Source of the DNA: Bacillales bacterium UBA5026
GTDB lineage: Bacteria; Bacillota_I; Bacilli_A; RF39; UBA660
DNA: 64,000 nucleotides
NCBI GenBank assembly: GCA_002416285.1
Contig: DICM01000019.1
Span: 1,632 to 65,631, forward strand
Direction: 5' to 3'
Below are positions 48,262-57,530 of the stretch, piece after piece. Below the pieces are notes generated by a model, which ran no database searches, was not told the origin of the DNA, and saw only the letters and a list, made by a program, of their open reading frames with translations. The position numbers and the translations under genes are program-made. Positions within the stretch are counted from its first letter, which is position 1; every line of letters begins with the position of its first letter.

Positions 48262-49494
48262 ATGAGAATAGGGATTTTTACGGATACATATCCTCCATAT
48301 ATTAATGGAGTATCAACTAGCATTGCCATGCTTGAAAAAGGACTTCGTGAGAAAGGTCATGAAGTATATATTGTAACAGTCAATCCTGATAATATGGAAT
48401 ATAAGTATGAGGAAAATGATCACATTATTAGAATTCCTGGTATTCCAATTGGAATATATGACTATAGGTTAACCGGTATCTATCCAATTCGAGCGATTAA
48501 TAAGATTAAAAAATGGAATTTAGATATTATTCATTCACATACAGAATTTGGTATTGGAACATTCGCTCGTATTATTGCTAAACAATATGATATTCCACTT
48601 GTCCACACTTATCATACGATGTATGAAGACTATGTTTATTACATTACCAAAGGTTATTTTGATAAATCCAGTAAAAAAATAGTTGAATATTTAACGAAAT
48701 TCTATTGTGACAAGACAACGAAAGAATTAATTGTACCTAGTAAAAAGACATATGATTTATTTACTCAGAAATATAAGGTTGAAAAAACGATTCATTTGGT
48801 TCCAACAGGAATTGATACAGAACGCTTTTACAAAGAGAAATTTAAGGAGTCTGCAATTGATTCTATAAGAGATGAATTAGGAATTAAAAAAGATGACTTT
48901 GTCATTCTCTATGTAGGTCGTTTAGCACATGAAAAAAGTGTAGATTTTTTAATCAAAGCACAAGTCGATCTAGTTAAAAAATATCCGAATTGTAAATTAG
49001 TCGTGGTTGGAAGTGGACCTGATTATGAAAACTTCCTAGAACTTTCAGAGAGTTTAAAATTAGCGAATAACATCATATTTACAAATGCTATTCCATATGA
49101 TGAAGTTCCTTCCTATTATCAATTAGCCAATATATTCGCAACTGCATCAACAACAGAAACACAAGGGTTAACTGTAGTAGAAGCGATGGCGGCTTCAAAG
49201 CCAGTTGTCTGTGTCAATGATGAAAGTTTTAACTGCGTCGTAGTAGATGGTCTAAATGGGCATTTATTTGAAAACAAAAAGGATTACATTGGCTGCGTTA
49301 GTGATTTGATTGAACATCCTCAAAAATGTGCGAAACTGGCAGGTCAAGCGCGGATTGCTGCTGAAAAGTATTCTTTAAAATATTATGCGGAACAAGTATT
49401 GGATGTCTATAAAGCTGCACTAGCTGGCGTGAAGAAAGAGCCTGGACTTTTTGATAAATTAATTCATGCTGTTAAAAAGAGCGACGATGAATAA
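48262..49494 (+). CDS. GT4 glycosyltransferase, diacylglycerol glucosyltransferase-like (glycolipid synthase)
   Basis: MRIGIFTDTYPPYINGVSTSI N-terminus, as in alMGS/CpoA-type enzymes. E..G....EAMA motif (TETQGLTVVEAMAASKPVV). Confidence 0.8.
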   Translation: MRIGIFTDTYPPYINGVSTSIAMLEKGLREKGHEVYIVTVNPDNMEYKYEENDHIIRIPGIPIGIYDYRLTGIYPIRAINKIKKWNLDIIHSHTEFGIGTFARIIAKQYDIPLVHTYHTMYEDYVYYITKGYFDKSSKKIVEYLTKFYCDKTTKELIVPSKKTYDLFTQKYKVEKTIHLVPTGIDTERFYKEKFKESAIDSIRDELGIKKDDFVILYVGRLAHEKSVDFLIKAQVDLVKKYPNCKLVVVGSGPDYENFLELSESLKLANNIIFTNAIPYDEVPSYYQLANIFATASTTETQGLTVVEAMAASKPVVCVNDESFNCVVVDGLNGHLFENKKDYIGCVSDLIEHPQKCAKLAGQARIAAEKYSLKYYAEQVLDVYKAALAGVKKEPGLFDKLIHAVKKSDDE

Positions 49495-50200
49495 GTATAT
49501 TATCGCTAATTTAAAAATGTATCAAATGCCCGACATGATTTCTAATTATCTCGAATCTTTAAAAGAGTTTAATAATGAAAAATTAATACTATGTCCTTCT
49601 AGCGTTTATATTCCTTATTATTTAGAAAAAGGGTATCATGTCGGAATACAGAATATCTACTTTAAGGATGTTGGACCATATACAGGGGAAATTTCTCCAT
49701 TACAGGCAAAACAATTAGGAATATCTTATGTTATAATTGGTCATAATGAGCGAAAGTTATTTGGTGAAACTGATCATCATATTAATCAAAAAGTAACGGC
49801 AGCTCTAGAAAATGATTTGAATATTATCTTGTGTATTGGTGAAACATTAGATGAGAGAAGTAACAAAGAGACAATCTTAAAAAGACAAATTCATTCAGCA
49901 CTTAAAAATATTCCACAGGAAAAAATAAAAAATATATTATTTGCCTATGAACCGATATGGGCGATCGGAACAGGTATCATTCCGGACATTGAAGAAATCG
50001 AAACAATGATTCATTATATTCAAACAGTATGTCATGAATTTTCATCTGATCCTATCAAAATTATCTATGGTGGAAGTGTCGATGAAAAAAATATTTCTAC
50101 TTTAGTTCAAATGAAAAATATTGCGGGATTTTTAATTGGATCTGCAGCAGTAAATCCTGATAAATTAATTAAAATAATAGAAGTTACTCGTGAAAAGTAA
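49487..50200 (+). CDS. tpiA: triosephosphate isomerase (divergent)
   Basis: ANLKMY (Lys), IIGHNERK (His), AYEPIWAIGTG (Glu), YGGSV. ATG 49487 overlaps the GT4 gene end by 8 nt. Confidence 0.85.
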   Translation: MNKYIIANLKMYQMPDMISNYLESLKEFNNEKLILCPSSVYIPYYLEKGYHVGIQNIYFKDVGPYTGEISPLQAKQLGISYVIIGHNERKLFGETDHHINQKVTAALENDLNIILCIGETLDERSNKETILKRQIHSALKNIPQEKIKNILFAYEPIWAIGTGIIPDIEEIETMIHYIQTVCHEFSSDPIKIIYGGSVDEKNISTLVQMKNIAGFLIGSAAVNPDKLIKIIEVTREK

Positions 50201-50250
50201 CTTCTTTATTTCTGTAAAGAAAGTGTTAAAATTTTGGTTTTTTAAAATTC

Positions 50251-50257
50251 TTCGACA
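50251..50257. promoter_or_regulatory. candidate Spo0A box (TTCGACA, reverse complement of TGTCGAA)
   Basis: Exact 7-mer about 90 nt upstream of the spo0A start. A single short match. Confidence 0.3.
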
Positions 50258-50346
50258 AAAATAGATGAATTTTGCTCTAGTAATAGGATACCTGTTTGTA
50301 GTATAATTAAATTCAAGGTAAGCAGTACTTTAGAAAGGGAATCGAT

Positions 50347-51123
50347 ATGGAAAATAGAAAAGTACTTATGGTTGATGATAATGTCAGTTTAATCAACATG
50401 GTAAAGGAGTATTTTGCTAGAAGTGAAGAAGTAAGTATTGTGTTAGAAGCTCATGATGGACAGGAAGGAATTGAATTAATTGAATCAAGACAAGAGGATT
50501 ACGATGTTATTATTCTTGATTTAATTATGCCTAAAAAAGATGGGATGTATGTCCTAGAGGAAATGAAAAAACGAGGGATTAATAAGAAGGTAATTGTAGC
50601 AACCAGTTATAATGCCAGCGATATTATTCGTGAAGTTTCAGAATATGGCGTAAGTTATTTTATTTTGAAACCATTTGAATTATCTGATTTGGAAAAACGA
50701 ATTAAAGAGGCAACTGGAAAGAATGAAAAGGATGGAAAGAATATTGATTTTTATCACAATAATCTACAAATATCAATTACTAATATCCTGCATGAACTAG
50801 GTATTCCATCACATATAAAAGGATATCAATATATCCGTGAGGGAATTGGAATACTATATGAACGTCCAGAGACAATTGGTGGAATTACCAAAGAGTTATA
50901 TCCTGAGTTAGCAGCCAAATTTGATACAACTGTATCAAGAGTAGAAAGAGCAATTCGTCATGCAATTGAGGTTAGCTGGAATCGTGGGAATTGGGATTTG
51001 ATGGAGGAAATTTTCGGACATAGTGTCGATATTGATAAAGCAAAACCAACTAATTCAGAATTTATCGTAACCATTGCTGATAAATTAAGATTAGAGGGAA
51101 ATAAAGTAGGTGCTGTAAGGTAA
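50347..51123 (+). CDS. spo0A: sporulation master regulator Spo0A
   Basis: Receiver domain (VLMVDDN..., DLIMPKKDG). Spo0A-specific C-terminal domain [12 protein letters not shown]...[20 protein letters not shown]. Confidence 0.95.
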   Translation: MENRKVLMVDDNVSLINMVKEYFARSEEVSIVLEAHDGQEGIELIESRQEDYDVIILDLIMPKKDGMYVLEEMKKRGINKKVIVATSYNASDIIREVSEYGVSYFILKPFELSDLEKRIKEATGKNEKDGKNIDFYHNNLQISITNILHELGIPSHIKGYQYIREGIGILYERPETIGGITKELYPELAAKFDTTVSRVERAIRHAIEVSWNRGNWDLMEEIFGHSVDIDKAKPTNSEFIVTIADKLRLEGNKVGAVR

Positions 51124-51129
51124 TATTAC

Positions 51130-51166
51130 AAAGAAATCAGAAAATCAATTTTTTCTGATTTCTTTT
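51130..51166 (+). terminator. rho-independent terminator after spo0A
   Basis: 15-bp perfect stem AAAGAAATCAGAAAA / TTTTCTGATTTCTTT with loop TCAATT. Confidence 0.8.
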
Positions 51167-51284
51167 GTATTTAATATATGAATTTATAAAATTATTCGTT
51201 GAATTTCAAAATTGATTGTGTTAGAATGAAGGAGAATAGGATTGCTCTAGGCAAGCATACTAGATTCTAGAAGGAAGCTTTATT

Positions 51285-52940
51285 ATGAAACAAAAAAATG
51301 GTTTTACGTTGATTGAATTATTAGCGGTTATTGTAATTCTTGCAATTATTGCTTTAATTGCAACACCAATGATTTTAAGTGTAATTGATAGCGCAAAAAA
51401 AGGTGCTGTCGAATCAAGTACCTACGGATACATTGATGCAATTGAGAAATCAGATCTACAAGATATGATCGATACAGGAACTTATCAAACGAAAAAAGAT
51501 GGAACCTACGATTTAAATACGATTGGAACAGTAAACTATAAAGGAAAAAGCCCAGCATTAATTTGTGTACTTATGAAAGATGGGAGTGTTGAATCTGGAT
51601 ATTTTAAATTTGACTCTTATATTGTCGAGTATAAGAATGGAAAAGCAAAAGTAAACAGTGATTTAACAACAGTTGATTGTACGGTGACAGCTAGTGACTC
51701 TGCATTCAATATAACAAAAGGAGTGAATGCCCCACAATTAACAGAAGGTATGACACCGATTAAATGGGTTAATGGGGTGGAGACAGTGACCACAGCTGAT
51801 GATCCAGAATGGTATGACTATAATAATAAATTATGGGCAAATGTAAAGACGAAAGACGGATCTTACTGGGTATGGATACCAAGGTATGCTTATAAAATCA
51901 CAAGTGGATATCATTCTAGTACTAAAGGTACAATTGATGTAAAATTCTTAAAAGGAACAAGTGATATAGCTGTTGATAATACAAAGATTGAAAACAGTGG
52001 ATATGTAGCTGGAACAAAAGATACCTCAATGCATTATTTTACCCATCCAGCATTTCAAAATGATATTAATAGATATGGTTATTGGGTAGCAAAATTTGAA
52101 CCGAGTGTCGCAGATCAAACAGATACGTGTTATACAAGTCCGAGTTCTGCAAATTGTAATAAATCAACTTTAACAATTAAAATAATACCAAATGTAAGTA
52201 GTTACCTTAGTATTAGTGTTAAAAACGCCTATAACACAAGTGTAGCAATGAAAATAAAGAGAAACATTTATGGATGGAATGAAAATCAAGTTGATTCTCA
52301 TATGGTAACAAGCCTAGAATGGGGAGCAATCTATTATTTAACTTTATCGATATATGGAGCGAATACAAATGAGGTTTATATCAATAATAGCAATACATAT
52401 ATAACGGGATGCGCGGGAAATACAGCTTCTGCGACAGCTTATAATGGGTGTCAAAATGCTTATAATACAGAGATAGGAGTAAAAGCAAGTACAACTTGGA
52501 ATATTACAGGAGTTTATGATATGAGTGGTGGAGCTTATGAGAGAACAATGGCAGTCTATAATAACTTATTAGGTATGAGTGAATTTACAGCTGAAGAATA
52601 TAACCGTTTACCTAGTGACCACATTACAAAATATACAACATCTAATGCTAATTTATTGGAAGATAAAGGAATGGATTATGATGCAACAGTGTACGGTGAT
52701 GGAGTATATGAAACAAGTAGTGGTGCATATCGTTTAAGTAGCCAAAGAGGATGGGTTGGAATAGAACAAGGGGAATGGGGTAAAGAAGAGAGTTATCTAC
52801 CATATGTCTATGGACCATGGATTATCCGTGGTGGGTACTTTAATAGCACCACAGGAGCTGGTATTGGAGGATTCAATAATCCAGATGGTAGCACTTTCAG
52901 TTACGCTTCATTTCGCCCTATAGTTTCATCTCTACAATAG
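51285..52940 (+). CDS. prepilin-signal protein with pilin-like stalk and FGE/SUMF1-like C-terminal domain
   Basis: MKQKNGFTLIELLAVIVILAIIALIATP (canonical class III signal). The first ~125 aa are homologous to the N-terminus of the 58484 ORF. The C-terminal ~400 aa are paralogous to 37205..38611 (YDMSGGAYER, IRGGYF, SFRPIV). Confidence 0.7.
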   Translation: MKQKNGFTLIELLAVIVILAIIALIATPMILSVIDSAKKGAVESSTYGYIDAIEKSDLQDMIDTGTYQTKKDGTYDLNTIGTVNYKGKSPALICVLMKDGSVESGYFKFDSYIVEYKNGKAKVNSDLTTVDCTVTASDSAFNITKGVNAPQLTEGMTPIKWVNGVETVTTADDPEWYDYNNKLWANVKTKDGSYWVWIPRYAYKITSGYHSSTKGTIDVKFLKGTSDIAVDNTKIENSGYVAGTKDTSMHYFTHPAFQNDINRYGYWVAKFEPSVADQTDTCYTSPSSANCNKSTLTIKIIPNVSSYLSISVKNAYNTSVAMKIKRNIYGWNENQVDSHMVTSLEWGAIYYLTLSIYGANTNEVYINNSNTYITGCAGNTASATAYNGCQNAYNTEIGVKASTTWNITGVYDMSGGAYERTMAVYNNLLGMSEFTAEEYNRLPSDHITKYTTSNANLLEDKGMDYDATVYGDGVYETSSGAYRLSSQRGWVGIEQGEWGKEESYLPYVYGPWIIRGGYFNSTTGAGIGGFNNPDGSTFSYASFRPIVSSLQ

Positions 52941-53154
52941 TTTCCAAAAGGATCTTTCTGAGTAAATAGATTTTATTCAGTAGTAAAATGACCACACTAG
53001 AGTTTATATTTTTAATAGCAGTACTATTGGTTACTTGCTATTTTTTTGTGAATGAAAACAAAATGTCTAAAAATGAGAAATCCAACCAAATCCATATTAT
53101 TTTTGGTAACAAATATCATATTTTATGGTAAAATATTGAACGGAGATGATTATT

Positions 53155-56007
53155 ATGAAACCGACGATTCTTTGTATTTTAGATGGTGTTGGATTCCGTG
53201 AGGAAATCCATGGAAATGCTGTCAAACAAGCAAATATGAAGACCTTTAATAAATTAATGGAAGAATACCCACATAGTTTGCTAGAAGCAAGTGGTGAATT
53301 AGTGGGATTACCAGCAGGTCAAATGGGCAATAGTGAAGTTGGGCACATGAACATTGGTGCAGGCAGAATTGTGTATCAACCACTACAACTAATTAATGAG
53401 ATGATAAAAGATCAGTCTTTTTATGATAACGAAGAATTAAAAAAGGCTATGAATCATGCAAAGGAAAATCACTCTAGATTACATCTATTTGGATTACTTT
53501 CTGATGGAGGTATTCATTCGAGCATCAACCATTTATTTGCTCTTTTAGATATGTGTAAAAAAGAAGGCGTAGAAGAAGTCTATCTGCATATGTTTATGGA
53601 TGGAAGAGATACTCTTCCTGATGTCGCTTTGACTTACCTAAAACGATTAGAAGAAAAATGTAAGGAATTACATCTTGGTAAGTTAGCATCAATATCAGGG
53701 AGATACTATGCGATGGACCGAGACAATCGTTGGGATCGTATCGAGAAAGCATATCGTGCGATTGTAGATGGTGAAGGAGAAACTTACACAAATTATGAAG
53801 AAGCGATTCGTCATAACTACGAACAAAATAAACTAGATGAGTTTATTATTCCAGCTGTTTTCCACAAAGAAGGAACTGTGCAAGAAAATGACGCGATGAT
53901 TTTATTTAATTTTCGTCCAGATCGCGCAAGAGAATTATTTAAAGCTTTGACAAATCCTGAGTTCAATGAATTTGATCATACAGAATTTCATAATGTCCCA
54001 TTAGTAACGATGATGCCAGTAAGTGATGAGGTGATTGGAGCACCTGCTTTTGAACTTCAAAAATTAACAAACACTTTAGGAGAATATGTAAGTGGATTTG
54101 GTAAAAAGCAGTTACGCATTGCTGAAACAGAGAAATATGCTCACGTTACTTACTTCTTCGATGGAGGAATCGAAAAGGATTTACCAAACTGCAAACGAGT
54201 TTTAATTCCATCACCTAAAGTAGCAACTTACGACCTACAACCAGAAATGAGTGCCAATGAATTAACAGATCAATTAATAAAAGAACTAGATCAAGATTAC
54301 GATCTTGTTATTTTAAACTTTGCTAATGGAGATATGGTTGGACATACAGGTGATATGAATGCAACGATAAAGGCATTGGAAACAGTGGATCAATGTTTAA
54401 GCAGAATCCAAGAAAAAATCGACGAGTTGGGTGGTGTATTAGTTGTTACAGCAGATCATGGAAACAGTGATGTTATGCTGGATGAAGAAGAGCATGTTAT
54501 AACATCACATTCTACAAGCAAAGTTCCATTTATTGTAACGAAGAAAGATATTTCACTCAAAGACGGTAAATTAGGCGATATAGCACCTACCTTATTAACT
54601 TTGATGGAGTTACCTATTCCAAAAGAAATGTCTGGACAAAATTTGATTGAACAACAGGTGTTACCCAGGCGCAAACCATTAAAAAAATTAAGTAAGGAAT
54701 TCATATTTATTGTTTTATCAATCATTTCGATACTTACATTTTTATGTTTTTATGGATATCGTTTTTTTCACTATCGTAATTTAGAACTTCATCCTCCTAA
54801 GACAGATCGTACTCTAGCTACTAAATTACTGGATGCAGAGCATTTGAAAGAAGGAAATTTAGTCAAGGATGGAAAAGATTATCGCTATACTGGAGCTCTG
54901 AATAATAATTATGTTTGGTATTCTGGTAGACTTTGGAGAATTGTAGAGATTTATGAAGATAAAAAGATAAAGTTAGTTAGCGAGGATTCTATAACTTCAC
55001 TGGTTTGGGATTCTTCTAGCAACGATTATTTAACCTCTAATATTCGTTCTTATTTAAATACTACCGACGAACCTAATTCTGGAGTTATCTATCGTAGTCT
55101 TTCAAAACAAGAAATTTATTTAACAACGGCTGATTCCTGTATTGATACTATAAAAGATAGTAAAAGCACGTGTAAAAAAACTGTGAATGATCCCGTTACT
55201 TTATTAACTTATTCAGATTATGTTTTATCTGGAGGGAATGAAGGTTATCTAAATAATGGAAATTATTTTTGGCTATTAAACCCTTCTGAAGATGGAGTAT
55301 GGTATGTCTTTGGAGAAGGTGGAATCAAAAGCAAAAGTAATGATTCGGAAAAGTCTCTTTATGGAATAAGACCTGTTATCTATTTAAATAGTACAGTAAA
55401 CTTTAAAAATGGAGATGGAACAGAATCTAATCCATATACTATCGAAGATATAACTACATCTACTCTAGTTAATAAGAGTATTGGAGAGTATGTATCTTAT
55501 AGTGGTTATCTTTTTCGAATTTTGGCGAAAAATGGCGAAGGCGTAAAATTATTAAAAGAAGAACCTATTTCTTATAATGGTGAATTAGTTTCAAAAGTGT
55601 TTTCTAAAACAAGTACGAGTTATAATCCAAATGAATGGGATAGTATTGCTTACTACTTAAATAAAACCTTTTATAAAGACTTAAAGAACAAAGAATATTT
55701 GATTAAGGGGACTTGGTATAGAGGTGCTTACAATAAAGAAACTGGATATGATTATAAAACAATCTATAGTGATCCTATAAAGGCATATATTGGCCTTCCA
55801 CAATTAGATGAAATTACATTTCATAAAGAAGCCTTATTAACTATGACACAGGTTGATAATGACCTTTTATATGTGGTTAAAAGTAATGGGAGTGGGTATA
55901 CACTATCTTTAGATGAAGAAAGTATCATTTATCCAGCACTTTATTTAAAAAGTGATTTACAAATAACAGGAGGTGACGGAAGTAAGGGGAATCCTTATAC
56001 ATTATGA
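53155..56007 (+). CDS. gpmI: 2,3-bisphosphoglycerate-independent phosphoglycerate mutase fused to a TM segment and two extracytoplasmic 'WRI...RPV...NPY' modules
   Basis: Residues 1-500 are a complete GpmI (ILDGVG, NSEVGHMNIGAGR, ADHGN, ...GDIAPTLLTLMELPIPKEMSGQNLIE). The frame continues without a stop into KKLSKEFIFIVLSIISILTFLCFYGYRFF (TM, 54700-54765) and about 415 further aa. ATG 53155 is preferred. Confidence 0.85.
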   Translation: MKPTILCILDGVGFREEIHGNAVKQANMKTFNKLMEEYPHSLLEASGELVGLPAGQMGNSEVGHMNIGAGRIVYQPLQLINEMIKDQSFYDNEELKKAMNHAKENHSRLHLFGLLSDGGIHSSINHLFALLDMCKKEGVEEVYLHMFMDGRDTLPDVALTYLKRLEEKCKELHLGKLASISGRYYAMDRDNRWDRIEKAYRAIVDGEGETYTNYEEAIRHNYEQNKLDEFIIPAVFHKEGTVQENDAMILFNFRPDRARELFKALTNPEFNEFDHTEFHNVPLVTMMPVSDEVIGAPAFELQKLTNTLGEYVSGFGKKQLRIAETEKYAHVTYFFDGGIEKDLPNCKRVLIPSPKVATYDLQPEMSANELTDQLIKELDQDYDLVILNFANGDMVGHTGDMNATIKALETVDQCLSRIQEKIDELGGVLVVTADHGNSDVMLDEEEHVITSHSTSKVPFIVTKKDISLKDGKLGDIAPTLLTLMELPIPKEMSGQNLIEQQVLPRRKPLKKLSKEFIFIVLSIISILTFLCFYGYRFFHYRNLELHPPKTDRTLATKLLDAEHLKEGNLVKDGKDYRYTGALNNNYVWYSGRLWRIVEIYEDKKIKLVSEDSITSLVWDSSSNDYLTSNIRSYLNTTDEPNSGVIYRSLSKQEIYLTTADSCIDTIKDSKSTCKKTVNDPVTLLTYSDYVLSGGNEGYLNNGNYFWLLNPSEDGVWYVFGEGGIKSKSNDSEKSLYGIRPVIYLNSTVNFKNGDGTESNPYTIEDITTSTLVNKSIGEYVSYSGYLFRILAKNGEGVKLLKEEPISYNGELVSKVFSKTSTSYNPNEWDSIAYYLNKTFYKDLKNKEYLIKGTWYRGAYNKETGYDYKTIYSDPIKAYIGLPQLDEITFHKEALLTMTQVDNDLLYVVKSNGSGYTLSLDEESIIYPALYLKSDLQITGGDGSKGNPYTL

Positions 56008-57020
56008 AAAAGAAAAATAAAATAGCAATTTTTACTTTAATCTTTATTGACCTTTGTATCATGATGTTTCTTTTTTTGAGTTACGGACCAATTAATTATT
56101 TCCGTGATCTTTTGATTACAACAGCGATGTCAACCAAGAGTCATAAGTATCTCGCATATACTCTATATGATGATGGAACAATTCTATCGGTATTAAAAAA
56201 TAATTATACAAAAGAAATAACAGATGATACTGATACAAGTCATATTAAATTAACAGACATTAAAGAACAAGATAATTATGATTCAAAATATGAGGAACAG
56301 ATCTTAAAGAAAGATGAAGAGAATGATCTTTATAAAGTAATTTCACTTAGTGGAAATGGATACAAAGGATATGTAGTAGCAATCTATGATCCCACTAGAA
56401 TATCACTAGTAACTTCAAAATATTTAGGATCAAGTGGTCAGTTTTTAAATACGATGGCAAAAGAACAAAGTGCGAAAGTAGCGATTAATGCTGCTGGATT
56501 TGTCGATATTGGTGGAGCTGGTGATGGAGGAACTCCGACTGGACAAATGATTCAAAATGGTAAACTGATATGGAATGGTGCCGCAACTGGCTGGGGCGGA
56601 GGACTGGCAGGATTTACCAAAGATGGTATTTTGATGCTGACACATAGTAATGCTGCAGAAGCAATCAAATCCGGAATGGTCGATGGTGTTGAATTTGGAC
56701 CATTTCTTGTGGTAAATGGACAAGCTGCTGAGATAAAAGGTAACGGTGGAAGAGGTGTTCATCCACGTACTATTTTAGCGCAACGACAAGATGGTATCGT
56801 TCTATTCTTTATTATCGATGGAAGACAACCTGGTTACAGTATTGGCATTAGTTTAGCTGATATGACAGATTTATTATTAAAATACAAAGCTTATAATGCA
56901 GTAAATTTAGATGGTGGAGCTTCTAGTAGCCTAAATATTAATGGAAAAATAATAAATAAACCATGCGCAGTGAGTGCTACTGGAGAAAGACCAATCCCTG
57001 CTGCTTGGATGTTAAAATAA
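56004..57020 (+). CDS. phosphodiester glycosidase (DUF2233) family protein, membrane anchored
   Basis: N-terminal TM. AINAAGF, GFTKDGILML, FGPFLVVNG, HPRT, IDGRQPGYS, NLDGGASS. ATGA overlap with the upstream stop. Confidence 0.7.
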   Translation: MKKKNKIAIFTLIFIDLCIMMFLFLSYGPINYFRDLLITTAMSTKSHKYLAYTLYDDGTILSVLKNNYTKEITDDTDTSHIKLTDIKEQDNYDSKYEEQILKKDEENDLYKVISLSGNGYKGYVVAIYDPTRISLVTSKYLGSSGQFLNTMAKEQSAKVAINAAGFVDIGGAGDGGTPTGQMIQNGKLIWNGAATGWGGGLAGFTKDGILMLTHSNAAEAIKSGMVDGVEFGPFLVVNGQAAEIKGNGGRGVHPRTILAQRQDGIVLFFIIDGRQPGYSIGISLADMTDLLLKYKAYNAVNLDGGASSSLNINGKIINKPCAVSATGERPIPAAWMLK

Positions 57021-57112
57021 GAGTCAATTGAAGTGATACATTAAAAGTAGACAAGAGAAAAAAACTCAGTCTACTTTTTTGTATGGTAAAATTTTAATAA
57101 GGAGTTGATTTT

Positions 57113-57427
57113 ATGGCAAGACCAAGTGGAACTAAAAATGTAATGAGAACCCCTGAAGAAAAAGAAAAAATAGTACTTGAATATTTAAACACTAAATGTA
57201 GTCAACAAACAATTGCTGAAAAGTATGAAATAATGAGAAGAGTACTGCAACAATGGATACAAAAATATGAACAGTACGGAATTGTTGGATTAAAATCAAA
57301 AACAGGGAAACATCAAAATTCTAATGCAGGAAAATATAATCGACATCCATCTGAAGAAGAAAAATTGAAACAGAAAATAACAAGGTTGGAAATCGAGGTA
57401 GCCCGATTAAAAAAGGTTATCAGGTGA
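57113..57427 (+). CDS. IS3-family transposase OrfA (HTH / leucine zipper)
   Basis: RTPEEKEKIVLEYL...SQQTIAEKYEI...LQQWIQKYEQYG and a C-terminal heptad region ending at the slippery site. Confidence 0.85.
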   Translation: MARPSGTKNVMRTPEEKEKIVLEYLNTKCSQQTIAEKYEIMRRVLQQWIQKYEQYGIVGLKSKTGKHQNSNAGKYNRHPSEEEKLKQKITRLEIEVARLKKVIR

Positions 57428-57530
57428 AAGGAGTTGGGGATCAAAAGGAATACGTTACTATATTCGATGTGAATATGAAATAATTGACTATTTTAGTAAT
57501 AATTATTCTATAACTACTCTTTGTAAGTTA

